A DNA stretch of 43,920 nucleotides, counting the filler, from Jimgerdemannia flammicorona (taxonomy: Eukaryota), in NCBI GenBank assembly GCA_003990765.1. It is 2 parts of 2 records of this genome, joined end to end, with 100 filler letters (N's around TTAATTAATTAA, not from the genome) between each part and the next. Parts side by side here need not be neighbours in the genome. Positions count along the whole stretch, not along the records: positions 22,013 to 43,920 come from RBNJ01001367.1; 1 more part is not named here. One strand, written 5' to 3'. Of the stretch, positions 36,801 through 43,920 are shown one piece after another (position 1 is the stretch's first letter; each line of letters opens with the position of its first letter). A program made the translations under genes and the position numbers. The notes beneath the pieces were generated by a model. The model ran no database searches, was not told the origin of the DNA, and worked only from the letters and a program-made list of their open reading frames with translations.

Positions 36801-39800
36801 TTTGGAAAAATCTTCTTCAGAGTTCTCGGGTTCTCCTTTGGATGGTTGGATGGAGATGGCAAAGAGAGGGCATTTCTTGGCCAATTTCTTGAGTTGTAGC
36901 TTATTGATGTAGGTGATCTTTGGTCCAGGGTCACTAGAATTAAGTGGGTCCTTTTCGCCTTGCAGTTTGAAGTTGTGGCATCCTTTCTTGATGGTCAGAG
37001 AATGGTTTACCCAATCAATCATGGGGTTCTCTTGTTTCAACCATGGAGTTCCAAGGATGATTTCATTGTCAGGGAGTGGTATGATCTGGAGAGTAACATG
37101 TACTTGATAGTCACCAATTTGGAAGGGTAGGTTGCGGACTTCTTTGCTAATAACATGTGAGATTCCATCAGCTGTAGCAACTGCTTGAGTTTGCTATACT
37201 GGAGAGGTAAAGACCTTGAGTCTGTTAGCTGTCTCTTCATTGATGAAGTTGCCTGAGGTGCCACTGTCTATCGTAATCTTGACAGATGCTCTGTTGATAA
37301 AAGCCTTAATGGTTAGCAGTTTGTCTGATCCAATGGTGGTGATTTCAGTTGTAGGAGCTTTCCTTCTATTGGTTCTTCTTTGAGCCAGTTCATTGACACA
37401 AGAGAAGCAATCATCAATCATTCGGGAAGAGTACATTCCAATGCCATGAGGGCATCAGCCACTTGGTACATATCCATCTTCGATCTTCTTGTAGAATTAT
37501 TCTTCTTTGCTCATAGTAGGTTGGGCTGGGGCCTTGTTTGATGAGCCAAATCCTTTGGATCCTTGGATGGTAGGCAGTAATTCAGGGACTTCCTTGACTA
37601 TCAGAGTTGACTCGATTTTTTTGAATAGGATCTGGGTGATGCAGAAGCCAATAGGGATCTTGAAGGGTGTCCAACTGTGGTTTCGGATGAGGACAATGAT
37701 TTCGCCTGTGAAATCTTCATCAATGACTCCTCCTTCTACTGAGAGTCCTTTTAGTACTAGGCTACTGTGACAGCATATTCTTCCAACATGTCCTTCAGGG
37801 ATTTGGATACTGATTCCTGTGTAGACTTGTTTGACTTCTCAGTTGGAAACTGTAGCTTCTTTGGCTGCATACAGGTCATATCCAGCTGCTTTTTGACTTC
37901 CTTTGGTTGGGGCCTTCTCAGTTTGTCTTAAATTGACAATGTCCAGTGTTCTGGTGGTCACATTGTTGAGGTGGTGCAGAGTGGTAACAGTTGCTTGTGT
38001 TGCTGTTTGGGGTTTTTGGTTAGGGCAGGCACTGGCCATATGTCCTGTCTTTTGGCAATAGAAGCATGCTCCACTTCTTCGAAGTTCATTCCTTTCGCCT
38101 TCAGTAAGTTTCTTGAAGGTACTGGGCTGGGTGGGTTCAGGATTTCTGAGTGTCTAAGAGGTGGATGTGGAGGGAGCTCGAGATGCTTCATGCTTGGGTT
38201 CTTCTTTCTTGGTCCAAGTCTTTTCCTTATTGTTGAATTGCCTTTGGGGCAGAATTGGTCTGGCTGTTAGAATTCGCTTGACCATGGTCTTGATTCTTGT
38301 CAGGCACCATTGTTGGTGATCACAACCAACTGGGTGGCCTTGTTCTCGGATTTTTCTAGTAAGCCATTCAGGCAGGGCATCAAATAAATGGTCTGCTCTT
38401 GTACCATTTCATGCTTCATCGTTGGTGATGTATCCTAGGCCCACAGTGTTCAGGAGTGACTTGAGTTTTGTACAGAAGGTTTTGAATTCTTCTTTGCCAT
38501 ATACATCAAATTTGAGGTTGCGGAGTTTTACTCGAGATTCAGCAATCATGGTTTCGCTGCGGTATTGAGCAATCATGAGTTGTTTGAGTCCAGGAGCTGC
38601 AGGATGGGCTCCATATCCTGGGGCATTGTTCGCTGCATTCTGAGAAACTACTGCAGGTCAAGTATCCTATGTGAGGGGTTTTTCAAGAAGGGTTCACCAC
38701 CATTCTTCGGCAGGTCCTCAGAAGAATGTAATAACTCAGTGGACATAGGCTGTAGTGGTAGCAAAGAGTTGTTCCAGAGTGTGGTCTTAATTGTTTGTCA
38801 CAATGCGGTCAGCAACTCGCTCATTGGTCCATTGATTGGCTTCAAAGTTGGTGTCAACTACACTAATGAAGCTTTGGACTTCTTGTGCAGTGCCATTGAA
38901 GGTAGGTAGGCTCAGATTTTTGGTAGGTTGGGTCTGTTCAGCTAAGGCAGTAATGGTTGCTGCCATTATAGCTACTTGGGCTGTGAGGTCTAGAATCTGT
39001 TGGTTCACCATGTTGTTTACTGGAGGTGCTTGGACTGCTTGTAGTGGTATTACTGGTACTACTTGAGGTACTGGCGCAGAGTGTGATGGGGTTCTTTGGG
39101 TCTGTGTAAGTTGCTGGAGTAGTAGTTGTGGATCTGGAGTGAGGGCTTGATAGATAACTATTTGTTGCTGTGTAGGTGTATTCTGTCCTGATGGAGGTAC
39201 TTCTCCTTCAGTGGTATATCTGGGATTGAATTCACTGAGATACTCCTTCTCTTCTTTGGTTTGGTCCCCATGTAATTGAGTTTGCTCAGCATCAAAGTAG
39301 ACAGAATCAGTTGTATATCTGATTTCAGACAGACTTAATTCAAAGTCAAGTTCAGGTTCGGTATTGGTTTCAGATTCAGGTAGGGCTGTAGCAGGGCCTG
39401 CTTCAGGTTCAGGGTCAGGTAGTTGATGAAGGGTTTCTCTTGCTTCTTCTTTAAGAATATGGTAGGCCTTACTGTTCTGGAATCGGTAGTATAATATGGT
39501 CTTAGTCCTGGTGCGGTGAAAGTTGGTAGAGTTGAGCCACTTGGCTACAGAGGCTTGGGCTTTGTGAGGAACTAAGGCTAGAAAGACTGCTGCTGGTTGT
39601 CCTAGGTCACTCGGATTTGTGGAGCTGACAAAACTCTTGTTGAGGAGAGTAAAGAAGGCTTCAATAAGACCTTCTTTGTCTTGACTTGCTGGGTGTAGTG
39701 CAAGGAGTTCGGTGAATAGGGTTTCGCCTATTTGCTGGTTTAACCTGAGTACTTCTTTCTTTGAATGAAGTTTGTCCCACTTGTTGCAGGTGTGGAGGTC

Positions 39801-39809
39801 AAATTGTCC
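33880..39809 (-). pseudogene. gag-pol: E3 gag-pol: CA, CCHC knuckle, dUTPase, PR, RT, RH, IN, chromodomain (one frame, many stops)
   Basis: All ORF fragments share one frame: LPTFNG, CFYCQKTGHMASAC (38025-38066), [50 protein letters not shown]...[13 protein letters not shown]. Confidence 0.96.
37537..37945 (-). other. dUTPase domain of E3, between nucleocapsid and PR
   Basis: APTKGSQKAAGYDL, HSSL, GGVIDEDFTGEI, ITQ, QGSKGFGSS. Confidence 0.93.
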
Positions 39810-39956
39810 TTATACGTCAGATTCAATTCTCTCCAGATTGTCAGATGGTTCAGGATAAATTCTGGTTCAGAGGTTGGGCTTTATACCAACTTGTAGGAAT
39901 CCTCAGAAGGGTTTGTAGCAGGATGAGGAAGTATCTTGAAGTGGAATTGGATTGTA

Positions 39957-39970
39957 AACCACTGCTACCA
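39957..39970 (-). promoter_or_regulatory. Primer-binding site of E3, probably initiator tRNA-Met
   Basis: Minus strand TTACA-ACT-TGGTAGCAGTGGTT; TGGTAGC is complementary to eukaryotic tRNAi-Met 3' ends. Confidence 0.8.
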
Positions 39971-39973
39971 AGT

Positions 39974-42035
39974 TGTAAGAGGGTTACTTTTTAGGGTAAC
40001 CATTATGTAGTTCTGAAAAGGTTTTTCTGGATATTCTAGATGTTCTGGAAGACCGTTTTCTTATGGTCAAGATCAATTTCATATGGAGTACATCCTCTAT
40101 GCTTATTGATTTCAAGATCAGGTTGACGTCTCAACCAAAGTCCTTTTTTGGACTAGTTCTAGATGTTCAGAATTTTCCATACTTCAGGAAGTTCAAGAAA
40201 CTAAGACCAGGTTAGTTGAATTGGCATATTGCTGCAGACAATACCCAATTAGGAAATTTCGTGAGGGGGTTAGGAGTGGGACCTAACAGGGAGCAGATTT
40301 ACTTAAGAGTGGTTTGTGGGTTAAGGAATAGGTTTATTTGCTATTCATGATATTGCTATACTAGGAGTAGTTGTGTGAAGAAATATTGTGGGAAAGTATT
40401 CAGGAATGTTCTTGTGTATTTGAGTCTGAGATTCTGAGGTCTGGGGGAGGGGGTATTTATACTAGTGAGGAGCTATCTGGACTATGCTGGATATAGATGT
40501 AGCACTAAGTGCCTTGCTGAGTTGGAATGCAGTCATGTAGTACAAGTGTGATCTGATATATCAAGAGATCATCTGACTGCTGAGTCAGTTCACAGTCACA
40601 TCGTACACAGCTAATCTAACTATATTATAACTGCTAGGCTATTTATGGGTTTAGGCGCTGTCTGGGTAGTCTTCGATGACATCACCATCGATTGCATTAT
40701 CTCTGATGAAGTAGTCATCTAGGAATAATGGTTCGCGGATTACTTCTCCTTGTTCACTGAGGTAATAATACATTGGAACTTCGTCTCCGTCCAACAAGAT
40801 GGCATCATCAGTCTCATATGCTGGATAAGGTGTTGGTGGGCAAAGGAGGGGTACATCGTTTTCACTTTCATCAGATTCACTGTCTGCATACCTTCTGTAG
40901 GTTACAGTGCTATGAGTCACAGGGTTATAGTATGCTGGTGGCTGTGGTTCATGTTGCTCATACTCAGGTGGTGGAGTGGTTGGTTCAATCTCGAGGGTTG
41001 TCTGAAGGTACAGGTTGTGTTCTCCAGTCTCTTAATTGTAGTTGAAGTAATCGGGAGTGAATGCAGGTTGGTATTCGTGCCAGTGGTCATTGTCCCAATA
41101 AGTCTCGTATGCAGTTATGAACTATTGTAAGTTCATTGGCAAGGTTGGCAGTGTGATCAGGGTTGGCAGAGATCCTTGGCTAGAGGTCATGTTGGTGTCA
41201 GAGGGATCATTGTCTTCTGCTTTATCTTCATTGAAGTAGATTATATAGTAGATATCCTTCATGGCATATCCAACTTGGAGCATTTGCAGGATGTGATCAT
41301 TGGGGTGGGGGAAGGTTTGGTCTGTGGTTTTGATGTACTCAAGGTACTTCTGGTTGAGTTCTTGTATCATGTCATCGATTTGACCATAGGATAGAGTAGC
41401 AACCATTTTGCTGGTAGTAACTCGGAGGTGGGGAATAAAGGGGCTGTACTTGTAGAAGAGTTCTCGATGTTTGCGGGCAATGAGCTTCTGGTGTTGAGAC
41501 ATCTGGGTAATGTCTGTATTGTGGTGGTGTTCAACCATGTCTTCCAGGAGGCGGCCGATCTGGTAGTAGCTTGAGATTTGTCCAATTCAGTGGGCCTTGC
41601 TAAGCATGTTCAGAGCATTCCATTGGGCTTCCACGAAGTAGAGGGGTGCTAGGCTATGGATATTCATGAGGGGCAGAGGGGGTGTAGCTCGGTTGATAAT
41701 GGCATTCCAAATGTCAGCACGGATACGGTTGTAGATCTCAGTGGTCATGTTTGTATGTTTGGAAGTTGTGGTTGTTGTTTGTTTTGGTTCTCTGATTCGA
41801 TGCGTCTTGGTGCTCAGTATATATGCATTTGGTCCTGATTGGTAAGATTCTGTTTGTGTAAACCTTGTATTCTGTGACTTTGTATTGACTCAGCTTTGTG
41901 TGCTGTGACTTTGGTTTGACTCAGCTTCATGATCAAGCAGGTGATTTCCAGATTTGTTCAGGGTCGTGTGTGATTTCAGTGGCTTGTTCAGAGGGTAATA
42001 TGTAATTCCGGCAGCTTAGAGGTTGTGCGCTTACA
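39974..42035 (-). repeat. 5' LTR of E3 (2062 bp)
   Basis: Collinear with 31607-33666. Confidence 0.97.
40651..41748 (-). pseudogene. Second copy of the LTR ORF (365 codons, one frame, stops from CGA>TGA and CAG>TAG)
   Basis: ORFs 41122-41538 and 40651-40920 are in frame with ATG 41748. Confidence 0.85.
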
Positions 42036-42040
42036 CTAAT

Positions 42041-43899
42041 GGCCCCCCTTTCTCTATACCATAGAGATCCAATTTCTACTTGAGCCTTTTGACTGGTATG
42101 GTTTGAGAGAAAGATGTCTGTTACCCCACCTCCTGCCTACCACTAACTCTGGTAGATACTCCCCCAGCCATACCTCAATCTCTCTCCAAAAGTCACTCAT
42201 CACCTCATACTCTCCTAACCAATGTTCAGGAGTCTGCACCATCTCTCCCTCCTGCCTGACATTCAGATACTCCTCATACTCCTGGGTATCTCCTTCTACT
42301 AAGTAACTCATCTGGTAGTTCAACATAATATTATGCTATAGAAATCTCCACCATACTACTCAGAACTTGGGGAGGATCTATCTTGCCACCTGCTTGCTCT
42401 ACTGCTAAATACTATTCCAGTCCCACACCTCTCCAATCCCCACCCCCTGTCACACCTTAGGCCACAGATCTCTCCCATATTCCTGAAGGAACTCCATATC
42501 ATCCTCTAAGCAGAAATCATCCACCAGTACCCTACTCAATAGAATACAGTCTCACCTCTACATCTGGGGTCTCTATTTCTCCTCCCTCTCATCACCCTGC
42601 TATCAGAGACCAATATAGTGTATCCTATTAACCACTCTCTACCCGAATTCCCTATAATATATCCTCTGACTCTCCTCTAATGCCACCAGAGATAAATGAT
42701 CCCCAGTTATACCTTGGGGAGAGAATTGGGCCTCCCACACCTTCTACATAAGAGAAATCCACTCTCTACCCCTTAACTTGCTTGCTCACTTCAGCCACCA
42801 TAACTTCAAGCAGTAAAGATACTTGGGAAAATCCACCAGACCCAGGCCTCCTTAGTCCACTGGTTAGGTCAATACCTCTCAACCAATTTGACTCCATCAC
42901 TCTGCCCATAACTAGGTTCTAGCCACCTTTAACAATTCCTTGACCACCCACATCAAAAAGTCTAAGTGATACCCTAGATATCAAATAATAAACATTCAAT
43001 ACTATCACTCTTTCCAAGATATATAGTGACCACTCCACCCCAAGAAAGTGCTTCCCCACTCTGCCAACCACTACTCTTACTATCTATATAGCAGCAAAGA
43101 ACTATATACTAAGAAGTAGATCTCCAGATAGTCCACAGTCTCTCTCATAGAGACAATTGTTCTAATGATATCCCCACCTACTATCCCTCCTCCCAATACT
43201 AATGTCTCACACTTATACCAGTTTAGCTTGGCTCCTGAGCACTCCTCATACTACTCTACTATATCTTTTAGTGCTGAAATATCCTCAACTAACTCTAGTC
43301 TGATTGATGAAGGCTCCTACCTTTCAATTAACCCCCAGAATGTCCAACTCTCCCACCTTATACTATATCCTATTCAAAAGAGGCTCTAGGGACAGTGCAT
43401 ACAGAATTGGTAACTGTGGATCCTCCTGCAGCACTCCTCTGCTCAGAGAGAATGAAACCCCTCTATACTCATTTATTATAATTGCTGCCTGACTCCCTTC
43501 CAGCAGACCAACCAAGGCCCACCAGACTCTAGAGGAGACTCTAATGCACTTTAGCACTCCTTTCAACCATACTTACTAGACTCTATTATAGATCTTCTCT
43601 TTGTCTAAGAAAACTAGCTATCTATTTACTCCAGCAGCATGGACTCTCTTGATGACACTATGTACCCAGGCTGTCCTATCTCTAATCAGACATCCCCCTA
43701 TAAATCCTCTCTACTCAGCCCCCAGAACCTATTGAGCCACTCTCTATAGCCTAGTCACTAGGATCTTTGTGACCAGTTTATAATCTATATCCAGAAGTAT
43801 GATTGGCCTCCAATTCTTTCACTCCTCTCTCCTCCCCTTATTCTTAAACAGCAGAGCCACAAGACTCAAGCTCTGCCCCCCAATCCATACCCCTGAGCC
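42041..43899 (-). mobile_element. Decayed LINE ORF2 fragment (LINE-E), host of the E3 insertion; ends at a T-run that may be another LINE tail
   Basis: RGVLQEDPQLPILYALSLEPL and QTPEHWLGE match LINE-B ORF2. Confidence 0.88.
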
Positions 43900-43920
43900 T
43901 ATTTTTTTTTTTTTTTTATA

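Larger units (their letters stand above)
31607..42035 (-). mobile_element. Complete chromovirus-type Ty3/Gypsy element E3 (10.4 kb) with ~2.06-kb LTRs
   Basis: 5-bp TSD CTAAT (31602-31606, 42036-42040); TGTAAG...CTTACA LTR ends; PBS; PPT; single-frame gag-pol. Confidence 0.98.

Overview
Eukaryotic, most likely fungal, transposon-rich DNA; the taxon is inferred only from spliceosomal introns and TE families. It contains three distinct minus-strand Ty3/Gypsy LTR retrotransposons, each encoding a dUTPase. One is complete (31607-42035) with ~2-kb protein-coding LTRs and a chromodomain. There are at least five copies or fragments of an L1/Tx1-like LINE, a complete 6.4-kb hAT DNA transposon (7651-14061, 8-bp TSD), a related MITE, and a 100-bp assembly linker. 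One apparently intact host gene, a 151-aa secreted protein, sits in a CpG-retaining island. All TE reading frames are decayed, mostly by C>T/G>A transitions. Highlights: (1) the hAT element carries a second, convergent, spliced gene that I reconstruct as a TET/JBP-like Fe(II) dioxygenase, a candidate anti-silencing cargo; (2) two divergent Gypsy elements share a homologous accessory ORF, placed after integrase in one and inside the LTR U3 in the other; (3) all three Gypsy polyproteins carry a C-x-H-x10-12-C-x2-C module in the PR-dUTPase region. All alignments are manual; no database searches were run.
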